Shown here: in pieces, positions 36,018-46,104 of the stretch | Position numbering within the stretch: position 1 is the first letter of the stretch | Layout: every line of letters starts with the position of its first letter | DNA from: Muribaculaceae bacterium | GTDB taxonomy: Bacteria; Bacteroidota; Bacteroidia; Bacteroidales; Muribaculaceae | Reading direction: 5' to 3' | DNA length: 64,000 nucleotides | Assembly (NCBI GenBank): GCA_051878575.1 | Contig: JBJEKJ010000099.1 | Span: 10,686 to 74,685, forward strand | The notes under the pieces: model-generated | Database searches by the model: none | Told to the model about the DNA's origin: nothing | What the model saw: only the letters and a program-made list of their open reading frames with translations | Made by a program: the position numbers and the translations under genes

Positions 36018-38792
36018 ATGATTGACTTGAAATTACTCAGGGGACTGACGGGCAGCGAGGTGGAGGCGAACCGCCTGAAGTTTGGCGTGAATGTGCTTAC
36101 TCCGCCCGAAAAGGCGTCGCTCTTTTCGCAATTTGTGGAGAAATTCCGCGACCCGCTTATTAAAATCCTGCTTGTCGCGCTGCTGTTGTCGATTGGCATA
36201 TCGTGCTATGAGGTGATGAGCCTCGGCGAGCCTGCCACGGTGTTTCTCGAGCCGGTGGGAATCTTTGTGGCTATCACTCTTGCCACGCTTGTGGGCTTCC
36301 TCGTTGAGGTGAATGCCAACAAGAAATTCGACATGCTGAACAAGGTGAACGACGACGTGGCCGTGAAGGTGCTGCGCGACGGCAATATCACTCAGGTGCC
36401 CCGAAAGGATGTGGTGGTGGGCGACATCGTGATTCTCGAGGCCGGCGAGGAGGTGCCTGCCGACGGCTTGCTGCTCGACTCGATGACGCTGAGCATCAAT
36501 GAGAGCACACTCACCGGCGAGCCTGTGATTAAGAAGTCGCACATTGAGTCGGAGTTCAAGCCCGACGCCACTTATCCCACAAACCGCGTGCTCCGCGGCA
36601 CTACCGTGACCGAGGGGCACGGAGTGATGCGTGTGGATGCCGTGGGCGATGCCACCGAGTATGGCAAGGTGTATGAGGAGGCGCAGATAGAGAACAACAT
36701 CAAGACGCCGCTCACGCTGCAATTCGACAAGCTCGGGCGATATATATCATACGGAAGCTATTTCGTCGGCGCGATAATAGTGATAGGCCGACTGCTGATT
36801 TTCGACTATGCCTCATTCGACCTGCTCAGCGTGCAGTTTGTAAACTACTTCATGGTGACGATAATGCTTGCCGTGACGCTGATTGTGGTGTCGGTGCCCG
36901 AGGGGCTGCCTATGAGCGTCACCCTGAGCCTCGCCCTGAGCATGCGCCGCATGCTCGCAAGCAACAACCTCGTGCGCAAGATGCACGCCTGCGAGACGAT
37001 GGGCGCGACAACCATAATATGTACCGACAAGACGGGGACGCTCACGCAGAACCAGATGCGCGTCTATGAGGCCAGGTTCTATGGGCTTGGGGATTGCAGG
37101 GCGCTTGCCGAGGGCGACGACGAGAGCCGCATAATATCGGAAGCCATAGCATGCAACTCCACGGCGTTTCTCGACTGCTCAAATGCAGAGCGCACAGTGG
37201 CGCTTGGCAATCCCACTGAGGGTGCTCTTCTGCTCTGGCTGAAGGATAATGGCCGCGACTATCTCGCCATACGCGAGTCGTGCGAGGTGGTGGCACAGTT
37301 GCCATTCTCCACCGAGCGCAAGTATATGGCCACCGTGGTGCGCAGCAGCGAGCTCGGACGCAATGTCCTCTATGTGAAGGGCGCTCCCGAGATTGTGCTT
37401 GCCATGTGCGGCAGTGTGTCGGGTGATGTGTCGGGCGATGAGATCCGCGAGTCGCTTGCCGGGTATCAGTCGAAAGCCATGCGCACGCTCGGCTTTGCCC
37501 GCCAACTTCTCGACGAAGACGAGTGTCCGATAGCCGATGGCACGCTGCGGGCGTCGAATCTGCGATTCACAGGCATTGTGGCAATCAGCGACCCGGTGCG
37601 CGCCGACGTGCCCGATGCCATTGCCGACTGTATTGAGGCCGGAATCAAGGTGAAGATAGTTACCGGCGACACTCCGGGCACCGCCCGTGAGATAGGACGC
37701 CAAATAGGGCTATGGACCGATGCCGACACCGACGAGAACCACATTTCGGGCCCGGATTTCGCGGCTCTTGACGACATTGAGGCTGCCGCACGTGCCAAGA
37801 AGATTAAAATCATGTCGAGAGCCCGTCCGGGCGACAAGTCGCGACTTGTGAGCCTGCTACAGCAGGGCGGCGAGGTGGTGGCGGTTACCGGCGACGGTAC
37901 CAACGACGCCCCGGCACTGAATGCCGCCCAGGTGGGTCTCTCGATGGGCGACGGCACCTCGGTGGCAAAGGAGGCGAGCGACATTACCATTATGGACAAT
38001 TCCTTCGCGTCGATTACCAAAGCCGTGATGTGGGGCCGATCGCTCTATCAGAATATCCAGCGTTTCATACTCTTCCAGCTTACGGTGAACGTGGTGGCTT
38101 GCGTAATAGTGGGCATAGGAGCGTTCATGAGCTATCAATCGCCGCTCACGGTGACGCAGATGCTGTGGGTGAACCTGATAATGGACACTTTTGCCGCCCT
38201 TGCCCTTGCCTCGTTGCCTCCGAGCGAGGAGGTGATGGCACATAAGCCGCGCCGCCGCTCCGACTTCATAGTGAGCCGCCGCATGCTGTGGTTTGTGATT
38301 GGCATAGGCTTGGCGTTCACGCTATTCCTTTTCGGACTAATGCAATATTTGAAGCAATATCACATAGAGTCGCTTGCCGATTTCTCGTGGAGTGGATATT
38401 TTGCCCAATTCTTCGACTTCCACTATAGCCGGGCCGATGAAATCTCGCTCTACGACCACACTATATTCTTCACTGTGTTCGTTTTTCTTCAATTTTGGAA
38501 TCTTTTCAATGCGAAGTCGTTCGGGAGCGGACACTCCGCGTTTTGGAAGATAAGAGAGAGCAAGGTGTTTTTTGGAACAGTTTTTATGATATTAGTAGGA
38601 CAAATTTTGATTGTGGAATTTGGCGGTCAGATGTTTAATGTCTACTTTAGCAGTGCGGGAAGCGGCCTTCGACTTGCCGACTGGCTGTATATCATAGCCG
38701 GCACCTCTGTGGTGCTATGGATAGGCGAGATAGTGCATCTTTTCGACAAGCGCCGCCAACGCCGAAAAAATTGTTCAATAAATAACGTGTAG
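36018..38792 (+). CDS. Calcium-translocating P-type ATPase (P2/PMCA-SERCA-like)
   Basis: 924 aa. TGEP actuator motif (LTGEPV), phosphorylation site ICTDKTGTLTQN, TGD, GDGTNDAPAL, and 10 TM segments. Confidence 0.9.
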   Translation: MIDLKLLRGLTGSEVEANRLKFGVNVLTPPEKASLFSQFVEKFRDPLIKILLVALLLSIGISCYEVMSLGEPATVFLEPVGIFVAITLATLVGFLVEVNANKKFDMLNKVNDDVAVKVLRDGNITQVPRKDVVVGDIVILEAGEEVPADGLLLDSMTLSINESTLTGEPVIKKSHIESEFKPDATYPTNRVLRGTTVTEGHGVMRVDAVGDATEYGKVYEEAQIENNIKTPLTLQFDKLGRYISYGSYFVGAIIVIGRLLIFDYASFDLLSVQFVNYFMVTIMLAVTLIVVSVPEGLPMSVTLSLALSMRRMLASNNLVRKMHACETMGATTIICTDKTGTLTQNQMRVYEARFYGLGDCRALAEGDDESRIISEAIACNSTAFLDCSNAERTVALGNPTEGALLLWLKDNGRDYLAIRESCEVVAQLPFSTERKYMATVVRSSELGRNVLYVKGAPEIVLAMCGSVSGDVSGDEIRESLAGYQSKAMRTLGFARQLLDEDECPIADGTLRASNLRFTGIVAISDPVRADVPDAIADCIEAGIKVKIVTGDTPGTAREIGRQIGLWTDADTDENHISGPDFAALDDIEAAARAKKIKIMSRARPGDKSRLVSLLQQGGEVVAVTGDGTNDAPALNAAQVGLSMGDGTSVAKEASDITIMDNSFASITKAVMWGRSLYQNIQRFILFQLTVNVVACVIVGIGAFMSYQSPLTVTQMLWVNLIMDTFAALALASLPPSEEVMAHKPRRRSDFIVSRRMLWFVIGIGLAFTLFLFGLMQYLKQYHIESLADFSWSGYFAQFFDFHYSRADEISLYDHTIFFTVFVFLQFWNLFNAKSFGSGHSAFWKIRESKVFFGTVFMILVGQILIVEFGGQMFNVYFSSAGSGLRLADWLYIIAGTSVVLWIGEIVHLFDKRRQRRKNCSINNV

Positions 38793-38794
38793 AT

Positions 38795-39520
38795 ATGAAC
38801 GTGAAATTTGGAATCGCGGCCATGCTTGCCGCAGTGATGCTGCTTGTCGCAGCCGATGCGCAGGCGCAATATCGCTCTCGTCCTCGCCCGGTGCCGGCGC
38901 AGCGACATGCGGCGATACCGCGCGCCTACGATAGTGGCTCGTCCGATGATGATATGTGTTATAAAGGTTTTATCGAGGCGGGCTATTCGGCCGGAGTGGG
39001 AAACTACCGTGCCAATCAGCTCGACGTGCTCACAACACACGGCGTGGCCATAGGCGACGGATTCGTGGGCGTTGGTACCGGTGTCAACGTGCTTTTTCCA
39101 AAGGAGGAGGGCGTAGGAACCAACTGGAGCATGGGCGACTACGGCAATGGATATCGACCTCAGGGCACGAAATATCGCAGCGAGAATGCGGTGTTCATTC
39201 CTTTGTATCTCGACTTGAAGTATAATTTCTCGGGCAGCTCGGTGTCGCCATTCGTGGATTTGAAGTTGGGTGGCACATTCCTTGTCAACGACAATGCCGT
39301 GTGCTTGGGCAATGGTTGGATCGACAATCGGACAAGTGTGTATTGTAGCCCCTCAGTGGGTGTGCGCATACCTATAGGCGGCAGTGCGGCTTTCAATGTG
39401 GCTGTCACCTATACGCTTATCTCTCAGAAGTATTACTATTACGATTATTGGGACGGACCGGTCTATAGTGATGGCATTTCACTCCATTCGCTCGGCGCGA
39501 GACTGTCAATAGAGTGGTGA
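38795..39520 (+). CDS. Outer-membrane beta-barrel protein (porin-family-like)
   Basis: 241 aa with a signal peptide (VAADAQAQ), alternating beta-strand pattern and a C-terminal aromatic residue (LSIEW). It starts 3 nt after the ATPase stop. Confidence 0.55.
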   Translation: MNVKFGIAAMLAAVMLLVAADAQAQYRSRPRPVPAQRHAAIPRAYDSGSSDDDMCYKGFIEAGYSAGVGNYRANQLDVLTTHGVAIGDGFVGVGTGVNVLFPKEEGVGTNWSMGDYGNGYRPQGTKYRSENAVFIPLYLDLKYNFSGSSVSPFVDLKLGGTFLVNDNAVCLGNGWIDNRTSVYCSPSVGVRIPIGGSAAFNVAVTYTLISQKYYYYDYWDGPVYSDGISLHSLGARLSIEW

Positions 39521-39567
39521 AAGTGCTGAAAAGTTGCATTGTAATAGTTAAAAATACTTAATACTAA

Positions 39568-39597
39568 CTCTCGCAGACTTGATTTGCGGGAGTTTTT
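39568..39597 (+). terminator. Intrinsic terminator after the ATPase-OMP pair
   Basis: 8-bp stem ctctcgca / tgcgggag (one G-T pair) followed by TTTTT. Confidence 0.55.
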
Positions 39598-39975
39598 GCG
39601 TTTTGATTAACTTAAAATAGGAGGTTTGTTTAACATTCGGGGGCTGTTGAGAGCAAATACGGCCCTGACAGGCTTTTGTTATGATTGATAGTGTGGCTTT
39701 CGGGGCACATCTCAAGGGTGTGAGAGAATGAATGTGACATAGATGCGCGAATAGTGTGCAAAAATGCTTATTTTTAGATATATGCGATAGCCTATAAAGT
39801 CGATTGGAATAAATTATTATACATATAACAGCTATTTGAAGGTGTCTGATTGTAATTTTATGAGCACAAATAATTGCAAATCGTAAGTAAAAAGAGAAAA
39901 AAGAAATGGTTTGTTCGGAAATGTGCCGTTTGTGTTAAAGTTGCGAATTTTGCATAAATCATTTGCAAATTGATG

Positions 39976-39999
39976 TAACTTTGCGCAAAAATTTTTGCG
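39976..39999 (+). promoter_or_regulatory. -7 box TAACTTTG immediately followed by a perfect 16-bp palindrome (cgcaaaaatttttgcg); candidate promoter/operator of the SusC/D pair
   Basis: TAnnTTTG match at 39976-39983 and palindrome at 39984-39999. This lies about 250 nt upstream of the SusC ATG in an ORF-free AT-rich region. Confidence 0.4.
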
Positions 40000-40239
40000 G
40001 CGAGACAAAAAATATTGGCTGAAACGACGCGTTTGGCTGTCGGCATGCCATAGTTTCTTGCCTGCTGCGGAATCGACGCTGAAAAATTTGGATAACATAA
40101 TCATTATCTTAAAAAGAAGCGGCATAGGGATAAAATTTAGACTATTTGTGAGGAAAGAAGCCTGTAGTAAGAGAATTCAGGCTCCTCACGACAATAAAGG
40201 GAAGTTTAGTTATTCAATTATTTATAAGTTTTTTAAGGT

Positions 40240-43200
40240 ATGAAAAGGCTAATTTTAGTTTTGATTACAGTTTGTTCGGTATTGGCAGTGATTGCCCAGA
40301 CGAAGAAGGTTACCGGACAAGTTGTCTATGCCGGAACCGATGAGCCATTGATTGGTGCCACGGTACTTCCGGTAGGAGGTGGAAATGGAACTGTTACGAA
40401 CATGGACGGTAAATTCATGTTGACCATTCCATCAAGTGTGAAATTGATAACCGTTTCCTATGTGGGAATGGCAACTCGCCAGGTGGAAGTCTCCTCAAAT
40501 ATGGTGATAAAACTTGAGAACGCCGACACTCAGCTCGACGAGGTGGTTGTTACCGCCATGGGCGTAAAGAAGGACCGCAAGGCGCTGGGCTATGCCGCAC
40601 AGGACCTTAAGGCCGAGGATCTTAACACCGAGGGAACCACATCGCTTGCCAATGCAATTCAAGGAAAGCTGACGGGTGTGTCCATTCGTCAGTCGTCGGG
40701 TTCGCCGGGCGCGTCGGCACAGATCGTGATTCGCGGTGCCCGCTCGTTCGACGGCAATAATGCGCCACTATATGTGATTGATGGAATGCCGGTCTCCACG
40801 ACCCCCGACTTCAGCACCGGAGCATCGGTGACCGGAGCCGACATTTCCGATCGCTCCGTCGACATCAATCCCGAGGACATCGAGAGCATCAACGTGCTCA
40901 AGGGTCAGGCAGCATCGGCTCTCTATGGTATTCGTGCCTCCAATGGCGTTATCGTCATCACCACCAAGCGCGGCTCGCTGAAGTCGTCACGCCCGGTGGT
41001 CACTTTGTCGACCAACATTAGCGCCGAGCGCGTATCGCGCAAGTTCAAGCGCCAGACGGTGTATTCTCAAGGAACGTCAGGCACGTATGATCCCAATTCA
41101 TCGATGTCGTGGGGCTCGAAAATCGAGGATTTGCCGAATCACCCCAAATATGGAGGCAACACCGATAACGCCTACACCGCCAATGGCAAGCATGAGGGCC
41201 AGTATTACAATCCCAAGCGTGCGGCAGCAGGCCTTTCGGGCTGGGAGACACCTACGGTCTACGACAATGTGGGCGACTTCCTCGGCACGGGATTCACTGA
41301 GAACACCAATTTCAACGTGTCGCAGAAGAAAGACAACCTCGACTATTCATTCGGCGTGAGCAACTCCTACCAGAAGGGTATTATCCCATCCACGGGTATG
41401 ACCCGCTGGGGTGCGCGCGGACTTGTGGACTACACTATCGACAAGGAGTGGAAGACGGGTTTCTCGGTGAACTATTCGAGCAGCCGCATCACCGGCGCGC
41501 CGGGAGCCAACAGCGGTATCATGAATGTGGTTTACTCATGCCCGGCAGAGTATAACTTGAAGGGAATCCCCTACAATGTGCCCGGCGACCCAACGCAGCA
41601 GATTCTTTTCCGCTCCACGACGTTCAACAACCCGTATTGGTGGGCCGACAACGATGAGTTCTCGCAGCATAACAACCGCACTTACGGCAACGCCTACGCA
41701 GAGTATCACCCCGAGATCAACTGGGGCGACAATATGCAGCTTTGGTTCCGCGAGCAGGCCGGTCTCGACGTGTACACTTCCGACTACACCGATAGGGCAG
41801 AGGTCGGCTCGGCCTACAACAAAAAGGGCGAGATCTACAACTATGGTACACAGCAGAATGTGTTCAACAACCTGTTCACCATCAACTTCAACGCCAAATT
41901 AGGCGACGAGCAGCAGTGGGGCTTGGACGTGATACTCGGTAATGAAATCAATCACGAGAACATCCGCCGATGGGGCTACTATGGAAGCAACTTCCAGTAT
42001 TATGGCTTCCCCACTATCTCCAACGCGACGGCCTACACTTCGTCGGAGTATGGCCGCAAGGAGCGCACCGTGGGATTCTTCGGCAGCGTCTCGGCATCAT
42101 GGGCCGATCAGCTCTACCTTACTGTTACCGGACGTAACGACTACGTGTCGACCATGCCGCGCGGCTCTCGCAGCTTCTTCTATCCCTCAGTATCGCTCGG
42201 ATGGGTGTTCACTCAGCTCAAGGAATTAAAGAGCATCAAGGATGTGCTCAGCTTCGGTAAGTTGCGCGCCTCGTTTGCTCAGGTAGGACAGGCCGGAACT
42301 TACTATAACAACTATTACTACACACCCTCATACGGCAGTGGAATGTATGCCTACACTCCTGTCACTTATCCTTTGCCTACCGGACAATCGACTTATGTGC
42401 CTATGTATGTGGTGTATGACCCGAACTTGAAGCCTCAGAACACGTCAAACTTCGAGATAGGAACCGAACTCGGCTTCTTCAACGGACGCTTGCGCTTTGA
42501 CTATACGTTCAGCTATCAGAATGTAAAAGACCAAATTTTTGAGGTTCCTATCGACGGCTCGACCGGATATCAGTATATCCTCACCAATGCCGGAAAGATG
42601 GAGACTCAGGCGCATGAGCTCAGCATCAATGCCGCAATTCTCAGCGCGAAGGATTATTCGCTCGATCTCGGCGTGAATTTCACCCGCGTGTGGAACTATG
42701 TGAAGGAGCTTGCTCCCGGCGTGGAGTCGATTATGCTCGGCGGCTTCGTGGAGCCTCAGGTGCGCGCACAGGCAGGATGTACTTATCCCAACATCTACGG
42801 AAACGCATTCAAGCGTGATGAGAATGGCAATTTGCTCCTGCTCAACGGTCTGCCACAGGCAAGTGCCGACAGCCAAGATCTCGGAAGCTGCTCGCCCGAC
42901 TTCAACATGGGTTTCACCCTCGGCGGACGCTACAAGCGAGTTTCTCTCTCCACTACCTGGGATTGGCAGAAGGGCGGTAAGATGTATCACGGAACCAACA
43001 TGGTGATGAACTACTTCGGTGCGACGCAAGAGTCGCTCCCATATCATGAGGGCACTATGGTGGCCGAGGGTATTGACGAGGCTACAGGCCTGCCCAACGA
43101 GGTAGAGGTGTCGAAGCAGGTTTACTATATGTACTACTATGACGTGACTGAGGCCGGTATCTACGACACGAGCTTCCTTAAACTCCGCGACGTGACGCTG

Positions 43201-43395
43201 ACCTACAATCTTCCGCGACTTGGAAAGTTCGACATATCGGTATTCGGTTTTGCTCGCAACGTGCTTATTTGGGCTAAGATGCCCAACTTCGACCCTGAGT
43301 CATCGCAAGGTAACGGCAACATGAGCGGCTACTTTGAGCGCTTCTCGGTGCCGAGCACCTCAAGTTTCGGTGGCGGTCTTAAAGTCACTTTCTAA
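40240..43395 (+). CDS. SusC/RagA-family TonB-dependent outer membrane transporter
   Basis: 1051 aa. N-terminal carboxypeptidase-regulatory-like domain (GQVVYAGTDEPLIGATV), TonB box/plug (DEVVVTAMG...), C-terminal barrel ending GGLKVTF. Confidence 0.92.
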   Translation: MKRLILVLITVCSVLAVIAQTKKVTGQVVYAGTDEPLIGATVLPVGGGNGTVTNMDGKFMLTIPSSVKLITVSYVGMATRQVEVSSNMVIKLENADTQLDEVVVTAMGVKKDRKALGYAAQDLKAEDLNTEGTTSLANAIQGKLTGVSIRQSSGSPGASAQIVIRGARSFDGNNAPLYVIDGMPVSTTPDFSTGASVTGADISDRSVDINPEDIESINVLKGQAASALYGIRASNGVIVITTKRGSLKSSRPVVTLSTNISAERVSRKFKRQTVYSQGTSGTYDPNSSMSWGSKIEDLPNHPKYGGNTDNAYTANGKHEGQYYNPKRAAAGLSGWETPTVYDNVGDFLGTGFTENTNFNVSQKKDNLDYSFGVSNSYQKGIIPSTGMTRWGARGLVDYTIDKEWKTGFSVNYSSSRITGAPGANSGIMNVVYSCPAEYNLKGIPYNVPGDPTQQILFRSTTFNNPYWWADNDEFSQHNNRTYGNAYAEYHPEINWGDNMQLWFREQAGLDVYTSDYTDRAEVGSAYNKKGEIYNYGTQQNVFNNLFTINFNAKLGDEQQWGLDVILGNEINHENIRRWGYYGSNFQYYGFPTISNATAYTSSEYGRKERTVGFFGSVSASWADQLYLTVTGRNDYVSTMPRGSRSFFYPSVSLGWVFTQLKELKSIKDVLSFGKLRASFAQVGQAGTYYNNYYYTPSYGSGMYAYTPVTYPLPTGQSTYVPMYVVYDPNLKPQNTSNFEIGTELGFFNGRLRFDYTFSYQNVKDQIFEVPIDGSTGYQYILTNAGKMETQAHELSINAAILSAKDYSLDLGVNFTRVWNYVKELAPGVESIMLGGFVEPQVRAQAGCTYPNIYGNAFKRDENGNLLLLNGLPQASADSQDLGSCSPDFNMGFTLGGRYKRVSLSTTWDWQKGGKMYHGTNMVMNYFGATQESLPYHEGTMVAEGIDEATGLPNEVEVSKQVYYMYYYDVTEAGIYDTSFLKLRDVTLTYNLPRLGKFDISVFGFARNVLIWAKMPNFDPESSQGNGNMSGYFERFSVPSTSSFGGGLKVTF

Positions 43396-43436
43396 TTCAT
43401 TCAGATGTCGAACTAAAAATAGATGATAATAAAGAT

Positions 43437-44921
43437 ATGAAAAAGATATATTCTTTAGCATTGATTGCGCTCCTGGCCACCTCATGCTCGGACGACACAA
43501 TGGATAATATTAACAAGGACAATGCGAATCCGCCCGCAGATAAGGTGCCGGCCTATCTGCAAATTACCGACGCAATAATGTCGACAGGTTTCACCACCAC
43601 CTCGGGAGCTTACGCATGGTATCTCTCGTCGATCACCGAGCAGGAGATTGGTAGCGGCAACAACCAGCTTATGAAGGTGGAGATGCGCAACGCCAATGAG
43701 CTTGCCGCCTCATCTACATATAATAACGAGTGGAACGGTACATACGGCAATCTTATGAACCTCAAGCAGATTATCGACAAGGTGAAGGAAGGCAGCGGTA
43801 CTACCGATGAGGGGCAGCTCGACCTCCTCGGCATGGCTCAGGTGCTCACTGCCATAAACTATGGCGTGCTTACCGACCTTCATGGCGATATTCCTTGCTC
43901 CGAGGCTCTGCAAGGCCTTGACAATCTTCAGCCTAATCTCGATAAGCAAGAGGACGTGTATAAATATATTTTCGCTACTCTTGAGTCGGCAATAGACAAC
44001 ATTAGCAAGGCAAGAGAGGAAGAGATGGAGAATGTGGGTAGCCAGGATATATTATATGGCAACGACATGGAGCAGTGGCAGGCAGCCGCCAACGCCGTCA
44101 TGGCACGCTACAAGTTGCACACCCTTTATCGCAATCCTGCCGTGCTCGACGAGGTGATAGATTATGCCAACAAGGCTGTGAACCTCGGGTTCAAGGGCAT
44201 GTATATCACGACGTTCAATGGCATAACCTGCGACAATCCGTGGTCGGCATACGTGTGGAGCCGCTATTACACGGCGTGCAGCAGCACGGTGTATAAAATT
44301 ATGGAGGCAACTTCCGATCCTCGTGCTGACGGATATTGTCTGTTCGACGTTGGCGAAGATGAGCCTGACTGGCAATATGTGGCATGTGACCCGGGTGATG
44401 AGGCTACGGCCAAAGAGTCGGCATGGCCTTTCTATCCGGTGTGGATCGACTACAGCCCGAGTGTTCAGGTTATGAGTGAGGCAGAGCTTTACTTTATACT
44501 CGCCGAGGCTTATATGCGCAAAGGTAACGTCGACGATGCTCACATGTATTTCAATGATGCTGTGCGTGCGGCTTTTGGCGATCTTGAGAACATTTATGGG
44601 GTGGATTTCGGTGCCGATGATTTCCTTGCACAGTGGAGTGAGGGCGTTACGCTCAGCGACATCATGGCACAGAAGTATGTATCGCAGATTCGCGACGAGC
44701 AGATTGAGACCTACAACGACTTGCGACGTTGCGCCGCTCTTGGCGAGGAGCATATCACTCTCACCAATCCCTATAACACCCAGAGCGGAATTAACCGTTG
44801 GCCGCTGCGTCTGCCTTACGGCAACAGCGGAGTAATCTCCAATAGCAACATCAAAGCCGCTTATGGCGATGGCTCCTACATATTCACCGAGAAGATTTGG
44901 CTCTATGGCGGCACCCGCTAA
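43437..44921 (+). CDS. SusD/RagB-family outer-membrane lipoprotein
   Basis: 494 aa with lipobox LATSCSDD. SusD-like TPR helical pattern (AELYFILAEAYMRKGN, KYVSQIRDEQIETYNDLRR). Immediately downstream of SusC. Confidence 0.9.
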   Translation: MKKIYSLALIALLATSCSDDTMDNINKDNANPPADKVPAYLQITDAIMSTGFTTTSGAYAWYLSSITEQEIGSGNNQLMKVEMRNANELAASSTYNNEWNGTYGNLMNLKQIIDKVKEGSGTTDEGQLDLLGMAQVLTAINYGVLTDLHGDIPCSEALQGLDNLQPNLDKQEDVYKYIFATLESAIDNISKAREEEMENVGSQDILYGNDMEQWQAAANAVMARYKLHTLYRNPAVLDEVIDYANKAVNLGFKGMYITTFNGITCDNPWSAYVWSRYYTACSSTVYKIMEATSDPRADGYCLFDVGEDEPDWQYVACDPGDEATAKESAWPFYPVWIDYSPSVQVMSEAELYFILAEAYMRKGNVDDAHMYFNDAVRAAFGDLENIYGVDFGADDFLAQWSEGVTLSDIMAQKYVSQIRDEQIETYNDLRRCAALGEEHITLTNPYNTQSGINRWPLRLPYGNSGVISNSNIKAAYGDGSYIFTEKIWLYGGTR

Positions 44922-44961
44922 TGCCCGAATCCTACACTCGATCAGACAAGTGTGAATAAAC

Positions 44962-45003
44962 AAGACAGGCTTTGCTCTCACGAGTTAAGCCTGTCTTTGT
45001 TTT
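44962..45003 (+). terminator. Intrinsic terminator after SusD
   Basis: 10-bp stem aagacaggct / agcctgtctt followed by a T-rich run. Confidence 0.7.
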
Positions 45004-45216
45004 GAATAGAATCTGTATAGAAAAAGTATTATCCAATTGTTTGCAAATTTAATGCTTTTAATTGACAAATAAAATACCTATAACGAAGGTTTTTTTGTCT
45101 ATTTGTCGCAAAAAATGTAGAATGTGGAAGTTTTTACATTTTATTTTGTAATTTTGTGTGTATTATAGATTTTCCCGCAGGGGGAAAATAATCTAAATAA
45201 CTATAAAAGGAGAAAT

Positions 45217-46101
45217 ATGGCTTTTGAGAATGATTTATCGCGCATCGACAGCGAGTTCCTGAATAAGGTGGGGCGTGACACCCTCGATAATGAGGTGTGG
45301 ATATTCGATGACTTCGACAGCGAGCGCCTGCGAGGGCTGCCAAAGAAGCTCGATATGCCAATATTTGCCCTTTGCCTGCAAGGCAGCGCGCGTATAAGCC
45401 TGAACCTTGCCGAGTACACAATAGGCAGGTGCAGCCTAATAGCGCTTATGCCCGACACCATTATCCGCGGCATCGATCCGAGTCCCGATGCGCGTGGCAT
45501 CTTTCTCGGCTTGAGTCAGCCTTTCGTGGAGGAGATTCTGCCCAATATCCATGCTGTGTTACCGGTGGCCTTTGGGGCGCGGGTGCATCCTGTGGTGGGG
45601 ATTTCCGACGCCGACTCGGCGTGTCTGCAAGACATTCACATGCTGCTGTGGAAGATTATCCGCACCGAGCAGGGACTGTGTAAGCGCCAGATGGTGCAGA
45701 ATGTGATTCGAGCCATGCTCTATAAGCTCATAGATATCTATGTGAGCCGCAATGGCAAGGCGCTGAAGCGCTCGCGCAATGAGGAGATATTCTTCAGCTT
45801 TGCCCGGCTCGTGGAGTGTGACTACCGAATCGATCGCACGGTGCAATATTACGCCGACCGCCTGTGCATCACTCCCAAGCACCTTACCACGGTGGTGAAG
45901 AACGTGAGCGGACAGACGGCGAGCGACTGGATTACCGAATATGTGGTGCTTTCGGCTAAGGTGATGCTGCGCTCGTCGGAGATGACGATTCAGGAGATAG
46001 CGTCGGAGCTTAATTTCCCGAATCAGTCGTTCTTCGGCAAGTATTTCAAGCAGCATGCCGGCATGTCGCCCCAAGCCTACCGCAAGCAGGATGACCTTTA
46101 G
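45217..46101 (+). CDS. AraC/XylS-family transcriptional regulator (paralog of the one at 19027-19881)
   Basis: 294 aa. C-terminal double HTH (YYADRLCITPKHLTTVVK...IASELNFPNQSFFGKYFKQHAGMSPQAYRK). The N-terminal half shares the pattern of the other AraC (FALCLQGSARISLNLAEYT vs FLFCIAGSANVVINLMEYT). Confidence 0.85.
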   Translation: MAFENDLSRIDSEFLNKVGRDTLDNEVWIFDDFDSERLRGLPKKLDMPIFALCLQGSARISLNLAEYTIGRCSLIALMPDTIIRGIDPSPDARGIFLGLSQPFVEEILPNIHAVLPVAFGARVHPVVGISDADSACLQDIHMLLWKIIRTEQGLCKRQMVQNVIRAMLYKLIDIYVSRNGKALKRSRNEEIFFSFARLVECDYRIDRTVQYYADRLCITPKHLTTVVKNVSGQTASDWITEYVVLSAKVMLRSSEMTIQEIASELNFPNQSFFGKYFKQHAGMSPQAYRKQDDL

Positions 46102-46104
46102 ACG

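Noticed and set aside
39832-40243. Short ORFs (97 aa on the minus strand, 82 aa on the plus strand) in the SusC upstream region
   Set aside because: They are low-complexity, Lys/Phe/Leu-rich translations of AT-rich DNA with no ATG plus promoter context. I treated the region as non-coding leader.
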